DNA of 64,000 nucleotides from Eledone cirrhosa (taxonomy: Eukaryota): contig OZ024747.1 of assembly GCA_964016885.1 (NCBI GenBank), positions 63,674,001 through 63,738,000 on the forward strand. The letters run 5' to 3'. The notes beneath the pieces are model-generated. The model saw nothing but the letters and a program-made list of their open reading frames with translations. It made no database searches and was not told the origin of the DNA. This document shows, piece by piece, positions 36,880 through 50,556 of this stretch. A program made the position numbers and the translations under genes. Each line of letters opens with the position of its first letter. Position 1 is the first letter of the stretch.

Positions 36880-37188
36880 ATTATTTAATAAACAACATAA
36901 GGCAATTATTCTATTTACCAGTGGTTTCTTAAAAGCAAAAGGTTTTGCTTTCAATCCTCAGAATGAAAAAATCCTGGTCTGTTTATTGAATTTGGATTTT
37001 AAAATCTGGTTTTTAAAATCCAAATTCAATAAACAGACCAGGATTTGGATTTTAAAATTTGGTTTTTAAAATCCAAATTCAATAAACAGACCAGAATTTT
37101 TTCATTCTGAGGATTGAAAGCAAAACCTTTTGCTTTTAAGAAACCACTGGTAAATGGAATAATTGCCTTATGTTGTTTATTAAATAAT
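36880..37188. repeat. Nested palindrome with an internal ~52-bp duplication and a hammerhead in each arm
   Basis: 36880-36970 pairs with 37098-37188. Inner palindrome at 36971-37043. Confidence 0.9.
37101..37159 (+). ncRNA. Type I hammerhead ribozyme motif, intact core (mirror copy at 36908-36967 on -)
   Basis: catt-CTGAGGA-ttgaaagcaaaa cc ttttgcttttaa-GAAAC-cactg-GTA-aatg. All core nucleotides and stems I, II and III are present. Confidence 0.8.
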
Positions 37189-38544
37189 AATTAAGCTCTG
37201 TTACCTACATAGAGCACTCTTTTTTCCTGGACTTTTCCTACGGAATTACTTCACATATATATATATATATATATATCATTATCATCATCATCGTTTAATG
37301 TCCATTTTCCATGCTAGCATGGGTTATATATATATATCATCATCATGATATATATATCATCATCATCATCTTTTACATCCACTTACCTTTGCTTGCAAAT
37401 ATATATATATATATATAGAGAGAGAGGGGGGGGGGGATATTGATTGGATTGTGGCCCTTATCATTCACGAAACACTCGAGAATCTTTTCCTTTGATATGC
37501 ATTTTCTGAAGAAGCTGGGTAAATCTATATAGGTGTGAGCTTTAAGAACAACAACGATATAGCAAGAGGTATAGTGCTGTGAGGGAGTTTTATTTAGTAA
37601 CTAATTAATTGAACTATGAATGTTAAATTGAGAAAATAACACACAAAATAAGACTCATTTATTCTCTCTTATTTCATGGATTGAAGCAATGAGGAGGAAA
37701 AAATCTCAATATTTATATATATTTGTTAAGTACTGAATATATCAGGGAGATTCATATTTGCTTCTTTATAAATTCTCAATAGGACTATTAGCATTTTCTA
37801 TGATGGAAGATAATTATTTCTTATAAAAAAGCCTAAGGGTTTTAATGGAGAAATAATAAGAACTTATTAAGAAGTTTGTCCTTACCAAAGATTTTCAGCT
37901 ACCGAAACATTTGAAACAAGGTATTGATAACTTTTCAGTTGTTACTGATAATAGTCTGTGTTAGTAACCTGTGTTATGGAGAAATATTAGTGGGAAATTT
38001 ATGACTTGGAATTACATTTGGGAACTAGAAACTCTGATTTAACCTTTTCAATACCAAAGCCACATGAAACAATCTTTGATTTTGTGATAAACAGCTGTTA
38101 TTTTAGTGTCTATATTTATCTAAAAACCTTCAGTCATAATTTTGTATAAGAAATTTTGTTATGTTTCAAATAACAACTTAATGTAAATGTTAGTTATGTT
38201 ACTGAATCTCTCCAGCTTCTTTATTTTCAAAATGCATCCTTCAAAATTTCTATACTTACCAAAATTCGCCAACACTACACCTAGTATTACTCCTCCATAC
38301 ACACACTTGCATGTATGTGTGTGAATGTGTCTGTGTATATCATGATTCATACACTGTTCATTTTCCTGACATTTGTACATTATTCTATGTACTATACATG
38401 CATATTTGATGAGTTGTAGTGCACCTGAGCACTGCACACAATAATTTTTATCATAATTTGAAAATCATAGGAACTGTTTTTCATAAGAAATGTGACAATG
38501 AAAATGTTAATTTCTCGTGTGATGTTGGTTTTATTAGCTGTCAT

Positions 38545-38725
38545 TTGGCAGTATCGGTAGAGGGTTGGACGCCATGCTTTCTAGCATAGTTACGTCCCTT
38601 TACAGTCTGAGTTCAAATCCCGCCGAGGTTAACTTTGCCTTTCATCCTTACGGGGGTCGATAAAATAAAGTACTAGTAATGTAATGGGTAATTGCTGGCC
38701 TTGTGCCTAAAGTAGAAACAATTAT
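38545..38725 (+). mobile_element. SINE family 2
   Basis: Similar to 11063-11253. Confidence 0.85.
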
Positions 38726-40421
38726 TATAATATATGTAATCTTTTAATATTTATCCTTTTGATATCTACTCATCCAAAACTGCCTCTCGTTCTAGGATAT
38801 GAATTTAAATCTTCCATCATAATTTTATATAACAACCTTTGTTATGTTAAGTTTAATCATATATTACAAAATTACTTATTGATTATTTTCCTCATTAATA
38901 GAAAATATAGATATGGTAACAAATGGGTTAATGGAATAACACTCCAGAAATATTCTAATTGTTTTTTTTATCAGAAGAAACAAACATAAAACTCTTTATA
39001 GAAAACTCTTTCATCTTATGAACATGAGTTGCTATGAGAATAAATTATAACAGATACCTAGTTTAAAAAAAAGGATAAAGATCCCATACAAGGATAAAGC
39101 CACCATCATACAATGTGCCCAGGGTACTTTTAAACCTGGTGGAGCCCAACCCTCTCCATGTCTGAACACAGCCAATTTTTTCTATAGAGGAAGAATCGAC
39201 CTCAGTACTGGACTGGTACTTTTTTTTATCAACCTCGAAAGGATGAAAGGCAAAGTTGACCATGGCGGGATTTGAACTCAGAGCACACAATAAAGTCATA
39301 ATACTTTTGATGTTAACATTTTTGTTAACATATTTCTGATAACACACTGTATATGATTTTCAAATAATTTTTAAAATGTGTGAGACTTTGGAAGGAATTC
39401 GTAATATAACTAACTTTCTCATTATCAATTTTATGTTTCGAACATAACTTAAGAAATGTTCTTATATAAAATTAAAATAAGAGATGTATAGGTAAATATA
39501 AACAGGATAACCCATCCTACCCATGTAAGCATGGAAAATGAATGTTAAATGGTGAGGAGGAGAGTGATAAAAAATCTAATATTTCCATTACCATCATTCT
39601 AAAGTAAGACACTACCTGTAATTTTTAAATAATTTTGAAGAAAAAATAACATGACAAATATGTTTTAAAGATATGCATGCATAACATTGCAAATGCATAA
39701 ATAACATTATAAATTGCTCGTAATTCGTTCAGAAGAATATTACAAATATGATATCATTGATAAACACATTAAAGAGAGAAAAAAAAAGAGGTTTCAATAT
39801 AAATATAATCATTTTAAAACAAAGGGATTTCTACCAGGAACAGTTTGGTATCAAAAGGGTTAATTAAATTAAATTCATTTACTAATAGCCTCATCTTTGT
39901 AAATAAAAATGTATTAATATTCGCCATGATCAGGTGTTTTAATCCTGAATATAATATAATTGTTTCTACTTTTGATACAAGGCCAGCAAATACCCAGTGT
40001 ATTACTGGTACTTTATTTTATCGACCCCATAAGGATGAAAGGCAAAGTTATGAATATAATATAATGAAAATTATTGTGTACAGTGCTCAGGTGCACTACA
40101 ATATCTCTATAGTACTTGGCTGCAGATTGAAAACACTTCTAAACCAAGTGTTGTAGCTCTCTTATCTTTTACAATAAGACACTTAATTTTTATCTGAGAT
40201 CAAACCTACTGAAACGTGCAAATTTAATGTAGATCATCATTATTATCTTCATCATTCTCATTAGTTTTATTTCCAGGTTTCCTTCCTGGCATGACCTGGA
40301 TAAGACATTATAAAAATTTTTAAAGCAAATATATTGAAGGTGTTTTCATAAATATAATCAATTCTACCTCTCGTGCTATGATTTATTTAATCACCTGATG
40401 GTTTTCTTTTTTTTCTTTCAG

Positions 40422-40496
40422 GCCAAATTCAGTGGCCCAGTTACTTTAAAGCTTTTTCCAGCAAATAATGAAAAGGGTTTAACACGAGAGGGCAAG
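40422..40496 (+). CDS. MPP7: MPP7-like exon, PDZ C-terminus and linker
   Basis: Long polypyrimidine tract plus cag, and aag|gtaagt donor. Encodes AKFSGPVTLKLFPANNEKGLTREGK, including the last PDZ strand (GPVTLKL). Phase 0 to 0. Confidence 0.88.
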
Positions 40497-42180
40497 GTAA
40501 GTTCAACTTGAAAAACATATCTGTACAATATTTTAATCAAATATACAATTAATTAGTGACAACCCACATGCATTGTGATTCAAAATATAAATGTATATGA
40601 ATCCATATAAAATGTTTTTGTATGATAAACATACATTTAATCTTGCTCTGAAAATGTTATGCTATGGCTATTTGATGGTCCACAACACCATATGTATGAG
40701 GATGAGAAATACCAAAGAAAATCAGTTAGCAAACATAAATATGTATTGAAAAATTAGAAAAATCTATATAAAACAGCTCTTCATATCCTGTACCACACGA
40801 AACCACATTACAAGACATTTTTGAAAAATGTAAAACAGTGGAATGACTACATCACCTTAACTATTATAGTCTGTACATTAATAGAGCAAATTTTCATCAA
40901 TTTCCCCAATCTACTTACTGCTCCTGGGCTTGAACTTTATTTATAACCACTCCAAAAAATTGAAGGTAAATTTGACCTCAGAGGGATTTGAACTTGGGAA
41001 ACAAACACCAGGACATTTTAATCTGACACTAACAATGTTGCGAATTTAACAACAACAATAAATAAACATTTCTTTTTTTCGTTTTGTTTGTTTGACTTTT
41101 CTTTTATTTCATGTTCAATAATTCTCAAATTGACAATGTCAGTAATTTTTGGTCATCCCCTCTTTATTAATGAGAAGACAGTTACATTATATATCATTAT
41201 AATAGAATTATGGCTATAAAAATCATCTCATTTTTATTAAACAGGACAATGTGTCTATCACCTTATCAATCCTCACATATTCCCCCTGTGGAGACATAGC
41301 TCTCTTAATGAGAAACATTCAGCTAGTGTATATGTTGAGTAATTGTTGGAATTGCTCAAACTGTTGTTAGAAATAACTGTTAACATGTGATATTTTAAAG
41401 TTACACATTGAAATTGAGAAATATTCAATATTTCAAAAACTGAATTTACAAAAACTAAAATACTTTCTTTGTTTATTTCCATAGAAATATTTTTGTGGAA
41501 GATGAGAATAATTTATCAAATATTTACTACACGAAATACATTTCCTCTCTACAACTTTACGTCTCTTTTTATTTCCTCTCTTTATTGTCATTAAAATAAT
41601 TATTTTATTTTAAACTTTACTGCATTCATAGAGTTATTGTGAACTTAAAACAACTAGCAAATAATCAATACTTATTGAATTAACTTGTTAACTGTTCCAG
41701 TATCCATAATAAACTTCCTTTAGTCATGATTAACAATGTATGTTTGCCCTGGAGTTGTACTTTTGTAACTGGAATGGCAGTTTGACTTTACAATGGCTCC
41801 ATATAAAGAGGTTCTGTTATTCATTGACTACACTAAGATTTTATGTTAAGTGTACTTCTCTTCCAAGCTTCGATTTCTCTATTATCTGGCCTTTTGTCTT
41901 CATTGTTTAAATTTCAACTGATATGGTGGTATAAAAAGTGAGTTAGAGTTTACTTGGAGCAATGCAGAATATGTAAGAAAGAACATTTTTAGAAAGCTAT
42001 TACTACAGCAATGCAAATCGAATGTTAATATAAAATATAATAACAGCAAAAATATTGAATTATTATATTAGAAATATTCAATTGGCACTGATATATTTCA
42101 TGTAAAATACCTCCTTTTCAGAGGTGTTAAGGAAATATGTGCAAGATGTGGTTAATGTTCTTCCTTTATGGTAACCTGCT

Positions 42181-42218
<38 letters not shown>

Positions 42219-42823
42219 GGCTTATTCAGTGGAAGGAAGAGATGCCAACAATATTTACAAAGCTTCTGAGAGTGCCGGAAAGTAAGGAAGGAGGGATTCA
42301 ATGCTTGTGGTTTCCTGCAGTAGGGAGCATGCATCAAGATATTATCCTCACTCTAGAGACCTTGTCCACATGGTTACAATGCGGCTCTCCAAAATGCACA
42401 AAGGACCAATAATATCCAGCAAGTTTTTAACATTCCTGTCAAGCACTTTCAAATTTTGGGTGAACCCATTCTTGTATCTGTGATCTACTTATCTACATCT
42501 TCTTTTGAGTTCTTTATAAAATACATTTGGAAATTAGTTTCTACGAGATTGGGTGACCATATCAAGCAGTGACTCTCAAATTGGAGGCACTTGGCTCCCA
42601 TGGAAAGAAATATGGAAGAATATTTGTCAGAGAAAAAAAATCCAAACTGAGAAAGAATATTATACGTTGTGTATATATCAAACGAAATACCAGTATACCC
42701 AACCATAAAGGGGATCATGAAATAACAGTTCATAAAAAAATAATACTGCAAATGTTTAGCAGAGAAAAACGTAGAAGAAAATTTAAAATGGGACAAGAAT
42801 TGCAGGAAAAAAATGTTACCTGG

Positions 42824-43150
42824 CAGGAGCGAATTTAATGGGGGAAAAGAGGGCAATTGCCCTGAACCCTCTGCAGTGAGGGGGGGGGGCTACCAGTGAC
42901 AGCCTTAGCAATTTATTTTTGCCCTCACCTGGGTTTTTTAGTTTTAGGATGGTTAGGATTATTGAATTTAATACCTGTATGTATAACTTTTCAATTCCAA
43001 TTACTTGCGCCAAGCTAACTTTGATATGTAAAATTGGGGGGGGGGGGTCCCTCTGTATTCTAAATTTGTATGTATGAGGGGGGAGGGGGGGGGGGGGGGG
43101 GGGGGGGGGCATCAAACCTGAAGTGCCTCAAAAGTCTGAATCCAACTCTG
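42824..43150 (-). mobile_element. hAT-type MITE
   Basis: Reverse complement of the 1636 family, with degenerate TSD ttacctgg/taaccagg. Confidence 0.75.
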
Positions 43151-44229
43151 TAACCAGGTTCTCTGAGAACTGCTAATATAGGGGCTCCATTCTTGGCTAA
43201 AAAAATTATATGGCAGCATTAGGATATGATTCTGTGCATCGAAATTAGTATGTAGCATGAATATTTGGCTGCTATTTCTAGGAGATTGAGTGACCATGTA
43301 AAATAACTAAAAATATTGTAGTTTGCTATAAACACATTCAGATATAAATTTATGTGAAGTCAAAACTTTAAATGAAAAAAAGTTTTGAATTAAAAGTTGA
43401 TGTAATTTAAAAATGCAGAAATATTTATCAAATATTTGCTTCGATAACATTTCACTAATTCAATGATTCTACTGACTTCACCAAATGTAAGACTTATCAG
43501 AGAATACTTTTCATTACAGGAGATAAAATATATAATGATAATTATGATGTAGGGAAAAGTAAAGAGGGAATATGAGAGTTGGAGAGAAAGAGAGAGAGAG
43601 ATGAATAGTCAGAGAAAGTGCAGGATAGAAAAAGATAGAGCAATACTCAATGATAGAGAGAGAGAGAGAGAGTCATGCAGAGAGAGTGAACTTACAGTGA
43701 GAGTTACAAAGAAGCAGAGAGCCGATCTGAGAGACATGGAATGATAGAGAGACAGTCAGAGAGCAAGAGAGAGAATATATTCTAAATGATAATTGATGAA
43801 GTGCTAATATTCTAGCAATAAACATTCCAATTTTATATTAGAAAAATATTAAATTGAAACATCATTTTACTAGCTAATAAAATTAGTGCATGACTTGACA
43901 ATTTTCTGTTTCAAATGTGTAATAAAATAGTGGGCTCTTCGATTTACAAACATTATTGGTATCATGTTTATTTTATGCTAAACACATTTATGAAGTGTGT
44001 CTAGTGACTTTTGTTATTGTTTGTCTGTATTTAACCACTCACTCTCTTACCATCATCACTATCTTCAGGTCAGAATTGATCAGCAGAGCAGTGTTCAAAA
44101 ATATTTCAGCTGTGACTATATTTATCTGGTTATATCATCATTGTAGTATATCTAGGAACACTTTGTTAAACATGTTATTTCAGTTTTTAATGTGGTAAAT
44201 GTGATTTGAGGGAGATTGGCTCAGTGGCT

Positions 44230-44482
44230 TATCAGGCCTGTGCTTATTTCGGTTTCTGTGGCATGAAGCAGCTGAGAGTATGACTCCCCCTGGACAAGGT
44301 GCTAGTCCATTGCAAGGTTAAACCCCCCAGCTGTTGCTTGTACTCATTTCCAGCTGAGTATACTAGAGAAATATGAAATGAGGTGTTTTGCTCAAGAACA
44401 CAACATGCAACCCAGCCCAAGAATCGAACCCACAACATATGATCATAAGTGCAACACCCTTACCACTAAGCCATGTGCCTCC
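44230..44482 (-). mobile_element. tRNA-derived SINE (3694 subfamily)
   Basis: Minus strand: tggaggcacatggcttagtgg...gggttcgattc...tcttgagcaaaacac. Confidence 0.8.
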
Positions 44483-44746
44483 ACTGACAAAGCGTAGTGA
44501 GTTAATTTTATCATTGCAACAACACCAGGGAGGTTGAAATGTCCTTGACCAGAGTGAACAGTCCTCTCTAACCTACATTGATATTTTTCAACCACCAAAC
44601 ACTTTACAATATGTAATAACTGTATGTGTTCTGAAACCAACAAAATCTCATATTTTGCTAGATTTAGATAAAATAATTGAATTTATTTCAGTGAAGTGTA
44701 AGGAAAAGCAGCAAGCTAATTTCTTATTATTTTGTGTATTTTTTAG

Positions 44747-44964
44747 CCATACTATCGTTCAACACAAATAAGATTGCGAGCTTTATTTGATTATGATCCA
44801 TTTGACGATCCCATAATTCCTTGCCCGGAAGCAGGTCTTCCTTTCCAGAAGGGAGATGTTCTTCAGATTGTTAGTCAAGAAGATCCACTTTGGTGGCAGG
44901 CACGTAAAGAAGGAGACAGCAATCTCCGAGCTGGACTGATACCTGGAAAACAGCTACAAGAAAG
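44747..44964 (+). CDS. MPP7: MPP7-like exon, SH3 domain
   Basis: tttttag acceptor and ag|gtaaac donor. Encodes [73 protein letters not shown], a MAGUK SH3 (ALFDY, IPCxEAGL, WWQA, GLIP). Ends in phase 2. Confidence 0.95.
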
Positions 44965-45009
44965 GTAAACAAACAATATATTATTATTTTCATTATTATT
45001 ATTATTATT

Positions 45010-46255
45010 TTAATTTTATTTTTTTATTGCGCATCATTACTGCTTTACTGAGCACAGTTCTGAGCGCCTTGGGTATGATGAGTGTAGTTTTTGCTGGTGT
45101 TGTTTCTATTGTATTGATAGTACCTTTTGTAATATGTGTGCAGTGCCTAGTAGTGCTATCTTTTGTATGCTGTATATATTTGTAAGTCCTTGAGTTTTGG
45201 CTATGTATTTGTCTCTGTTCTGTTTTTTTTTTAATCATTCTCAGAGCACCTATTATTATAGGCATTGTCTCAGTCTTCCTTTTCCTAACGCCTTGGTCAT
45301 AACTGGTATCACTGTCACATTACCCTCTTGTATTCCAAATAGTCTTGCCAGCTCCACTTTCAGTTCAGAATATTTGGTGATTTTTTTTCAATCTCCTTAC
45401 TCGTCATTTGGCATGGCCACATCGATGATCTGACAGTATTTGTCTTTCTTGTTCAATACGACAATGTCTGGTTAGTGATGCTCAATTACTCTATCTGTTT
45501 GAAAGTCATAATCCCAGATTATCGTTGCTTTTCCACCATCCTGCATTATTTTACAAGGCATATGCTCATATCATTTCTCTATGACATCATATTCACGTTT
45601 ATGACACAGAAGCCAATGAAGGTATAAACAGACTTTATCATGGTGGTACATGTATTCTTTTTCCGCAAGGCTCTCACATCCACTTACAAAGAAAGTTACA
45701 TTTTCCACCTTCATTCCACAGAGTCTGCATTTCTGAGTGTCAGAAGTTTTGTAGATGATACACTTCACCAAATTGCTATCAAGTTGCACTGCATGTTCAG
45801 TGGCATGTTTCAAATTGTCTTGCTTAAGCCATGTTCATGATGTTGAATTATTCTTGACATTCTGTGTATTTCTTTCAAATTCACCATGGATTCTTATTCC
45901 TAGATCTTTTCTTTTCTCTTCAACTCTTTGGTTAAACTCTTCCTTTTCAAACATCTACGGCACTTATATTCATATCTTCTGCTGCATATTTCAAAAACTC
46001 TTTGTCACTGTTTACCAAATATTCTGTAAACATTCTCTTTTCAGTCCTTATACAATGATCCACACTGATGAGGCATCTGCCACCATTCTTTGTCTTCGTA
46101 TATAGTCTATTAAAATTTGCTTTAGGGTGTAAAGCTCTGTATAATGTCATTAACCTTCTCCCCTTTCTATCCAGTTTTCATATTTCTTCGTCAGTCCATC
46201 TGAAAATAAAGGCACTATATCTAACCACTGCAACTGCCCAGATATTCATTACAGT
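45010..46255 (-). mobile_element. Degenerate R4/Dong-like non-LTR retrotransposon with restriction-like endonuclease (probably two joined 3' ends)
   Basis: ALHPKAN..RLY...GGR, CRLCG..E...VSGC..LA..EY..HD knuckle, IWDYDFQTDRVIEH*PDIV...IIDVA endonuclease motif, then PIIIGAL. Ends in (TAA)n. Confidence 0.85.
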
Positions 46256-46805
46256 GGATTTTAAAATCATTTTTACTCTTTTTTATATATATCCTTTTAA
46301 TGAGCTTGCTGGACTTATGTCACCTCAACTCAGGCACTTCCAAATCAACATACTTGCTCTCCTCTCATTCTCTGTGTTGTGTCTGAAACCTCAGAGTCTG
46401 CTCTAACCACTATACCTAATACTTCCTGCCAGAGCATCATCCCTTTGGAACTCCCTTCTGATGAATTTCTGAAATGAGGGAACTCACAACATTTTAGTCA
46501 GAACATTAACAACATCAATATCTCTGTTATCTAGTGTGTTATGTTAATGATTTTGATTTGATATATACAGGGGCTGGGTGTGTATATTTTATGTTATGAC
46601 ATGTAGATAATGCTGATGTATCACAATACCATAAATTATAATAGAAGAGTGATGATTAGAATTTACTGTTGTGGAGTAACATAATTATAGTTGACTAGTA
46701 AACCAGTGTCGTCAATAACGATGGCAATAGCATTAAACGTTTTTAATATTTTTAGTTCAGAATTTATATGGCATATATATATATGTGTGTGTGTACTTGT
46801 GTATA

Positions 46806-46860
<55 letters not shown>

Positions 46861-47859
46861 TCACACACACAGACCAGGATTGTCAGATATATCAACAATC
46901 ATAAAACCTGGGAAATTTGTGTTTTGATAAATTAATGCTTTGCATAAGAGAAACCCTAAAGTTTATGTTAGTTACTGATATATGAAGGTGCATGGCTTAG
47001 TAGTTAGAGAATTGGATTTATCATCATGGGGTTGCATGTTCAATTCCCAGACCAGGCAATATGTTATATCCTTGAGCAGGGCACTTTGAAATAAAGTGTC
47101 CTGCTCAAATATATAACACACAGAAAGACCAATCTGAAATTGCTCTTTCTGCCAGGTAGTATCAGCAATGGAAAGACTAATGGAAACATTGTTTCCCTGG
47201 TCTGATTTGATGAGTTACACTCCACTCAGTAAGCAAATGAGGTCTGGGATATTGTCGATCATTAAAAGAAAAGAAAACTGATATATAGAAGTGATTAAAG
47301 ATGAGAATGATATTTTAATAATTTATTTCTAGTATATATTTGCATAAATGTACAGCATATATGTACAAATGACATACAAGATTAAATGTATGCATAACTT
47401 TAGATGTATAACTATTTACAGAGACAAATGTAAGGTTCTTGTGATTGGCAAGTGAATCTCTTATTGTTGCAATACTGAAATCAGAAATTCAGTGTGTGTA
47501 AATTTTAAAGAGTTACAGATGAGGATATCCATATATAAACACACACATGGCATATTTTATTAGTTGATATAACAATACTTGATGTCTGAATTACTACAAA
47601 GTATTCTATAAGTATTTCAAAACAACAATGTTTGTTGTAGAACATAATTAAAATTATTAAAATAAGAATATATAATTAAAATAATATGAATCATTAATTG
47701 ATATTGTTTTATCATCACCACATAATTATTTCTAATTAGCTTTTTGATACTGGTTACATTAAACATGTTAATAACTTGGTGAATGCAAGAGTTTATATTA
47801 TAGACTATTATTCTTGCCAGTAGATATAATGGCAACGAATTTGATACGAAGATATGTTA

Positions 47860-48310
47860 AATTAAAGGTTGGGTCTACTCTGTCCTCTCAGTGTACATGC
47901 GCATTGGTGACTGGTCTGGTTGATCCGATGTTGGCAGATCCTTCCACAGATACCACCTTTGTTTTGTTTTGCTCCATCCTGACCCAGCCCTTCCACCAAG
48001 CTGTCTTCTCCTCCTAACTCACACAACAGTTTGCTTCAAATATGCTGGTGGCCTGCTGGATGTTGAGGTGCCAAGCATTGTGGTCAGCAGCCAGGCAAGT
48101 TCATTGCTAGGGGGGTTGATGTTACATATTTTCATGGTCTTTTTTAACATGTCTTTATACTGCTTCTTGGGTGCACTGCTGTTTCAACTGCCAGAAGACA
48201 ATTCTCCGTGGAGCAAAATCTTTGGCAGGTGATGGTCTGCCATTCTTGAGACATGCCCTACTCAGCACAGCTATGTCTTCAGATAAGTGGCCTTGATACT
48301 CCAAACTTCA
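47860..48310 (-). mobile_element. Degenerate RTE/BovB C-terminal fragment
   Basis: Minus-strand translation VGHVSRMADHHLPKILLHGELSSG...APKKQYKDMLK. Confidence 0.7.
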
Positions 48311-49354
48311 TGAATTCTTCACCATGGCACACTTCCTCCAGACCTCCGAGATGCAATCATCATTACCCTATATGTCAGTAAATATATAAATAAGGAAAAG
48401 ATGTTGTCTCTAACAGTTTGAGCAGCAAATTGACAAAGATGTTAGAATACGAGATAGAATGCTTTGTGGTATTCATTCCAGCTTTCTGCACTCTGAGTTC
48501 AAATCTATTTGAGTTTCACTTTGCCTTGCAACTTTTTATGGTCGATAAATAAAGTACCAGTCTAATACTGAATCCCCCCCCCATCCTTGGAAATCATCTG
48601 TGTTTTGACCTAGAGAGTGATAGGCTCCACCACGTTTATGTAACTGTAGTACCCCTACATCTCTAACATGAGTTCAAGCGCCATAAATGACATGAACGAA
48701 CAACTGAGGAATCTAATTAGCAATTCCTTCCCCTCTTATTTTGGTTTGGTTCTTTTCATTGTGGCTAGTATATGCTGTTGGTATTGGAATTGTAATTAAG
48801 AAAGCTATAATATTCAGATATATTAAAAAAAAAATTAATTAATTCTTTTCAAGAATTTAAGGAAAAATCTTTCAGCATACAAATTATTTCCTTTATTTGT
48901 TTGTATGTCGTCTTAAGGATATTTTTAAACCGGCAGGCAAATTCGAAACGAGGATTTGTAAACAACTGAAAACAATGTAATTTTAAAAGAAACAACGAAA
49001 CCTATAATTTTGCACCTTTCAGAGTTTTCCTAATTGTCTAATGTTAGAAATGGTTGGCAGATAATTACCGTTACAGAATTCTATAACTAGGTCATGTCTA
49101 TTAAAAATATCTGTTGGGGTTAATTTTCCAATAATTCTTAATCAATTTATTCATTATGTCTTCTTTTTTGTTATGTAGCGCTGGCTTTGTATCGAGTTTT
49201 ACATAAAATACGTGAGAAAAATACAAAGAAAGAAATCAAAAATTGTGATAATTATATAGGATATAATTAAATAATAATTATAAAATGAAACGGATTACCT
49301 TTAACAATGATATTGTCATATTTCAGAAAATATTCGCATTCGTTTTCTGAAAAG

Positions 49355-49710
49355 TGAAGGTACATGGCCCAGTGGTTAGGTTGTTGGTCTGATGATTGTA
49401 AAGTCATGAGTTTGAACCCTTCAAATTGTGTGGCACATTTTCCTTGAGCATGACATTTTATTTCACATTGCTGCAGTTCCCTCAGCTGAAAGCAGTGAGG
49501 GGTGTCTTCTACTCCCATTGGCTAAACTTCACATCAAATCAGGATAAGCTCTGACCTGCTGAAACATGAAGTTGTGTGGCCTAGTTGTTAGGGTAGGGTG
49601 TTGGTAGCACAATCATAAAGTCAAAGATTTGCTCCCCAGACCAAGTGAAAAATTGTATTCTTGAGCAAGATTCTTCATTTCACATTGCTCCATTCTACTC
49701 AGCTGAAGAA
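49355..49710 (+). mobile_element. Two diverged tRNA/CORE-like SINE heads
   Basis: tggcccagtggttagg and tggcctagttgttagg, each followed by cttgagca..tttcacattgct. Confidence 0.65.
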
Positions 49711-49859
49711 AATAATTAGTTACAGTAAACAGTGATTGATAATTAACTTTGTGACAGAAAAGTGTCTTGTTCAGGAAAAAAATTTGTATTCAATCACTTA
49801 ACACCACAGAAATCTATGATTAGCTGTAAATTGACCAAATCGGCTGCTACTCAGTTATC

Positions 49860-50110
49860 CAGTCAACTAGATTGTTGTCAGCTATTTGTCAACAAATCTA
49901 TATAATATATTTCTGTCACCAAATAGTGTCATTAAATCACAGCAACTACATGTTTGTCTCCTAGTTGTCACCAAATCTATATAATATATTTCCTGGCACC
50001 AAATAGACAGTGTCATTAAAATCATAGCAACTAGATATCTGTCTCACAGTTGTCACCCAATCTATGTAATATACTTTGGGCACCAAATAGACAGTGTCAT
50101 TAAATCATAG
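49860..50110. repeat. Tandem repeat, ~3 units of ~85-90 bp
   Basis: Repeats of gttgtcaccaaatctatataatat...caccaaatag(ac)agtgtcattaaatca. Confidence 0.8.
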
Positions 50111-50337
50111 CCTTGTTTTATATGTTTAATCTCTCTGTATTCTGAGTGCAAACCCTATCAAGATAAACTTAGAATTTCATCCTTCTTGGTGTTGATAAAT
50201 AAACAACTAGTCTAGAGGCAGTGGATCAGTGGAATTGTTAGAGTATCAAATGACATGCTTTACATCATACATTCTAATTTTTTGCTCTCTGAGTTCAAGT
50301 TAAATTCTGCTGTCAACTGTTTGTGTCATAGACTTAA

Positions 50338-50556
50338 CCCTTTAGCATTTACATTGCACTATATATACTATTATATATGCTGTTGTATTTTCACAGTAAA
50401 CACTTTACCTCACATAATATCGAATCTATGAGATTTTATATTATTTATTTTGAGAACAATACCTTGACAGCAGTATAAGTGGCCAGTTACAGCTGGTTTG
50501 AACAGAAAGAGGTGAGAGTATTCTGGCTGGATATGGCCAGTTAGAATGCTAAAGGG
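50338..50556 (+). mobile_element. piggyBac-type MITE
   Basis: TTAA-ccctttagcatt...aatgctaaaggg-TTAA: 12-bp TIR with TTAA TSD. Confidence 0.88.
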
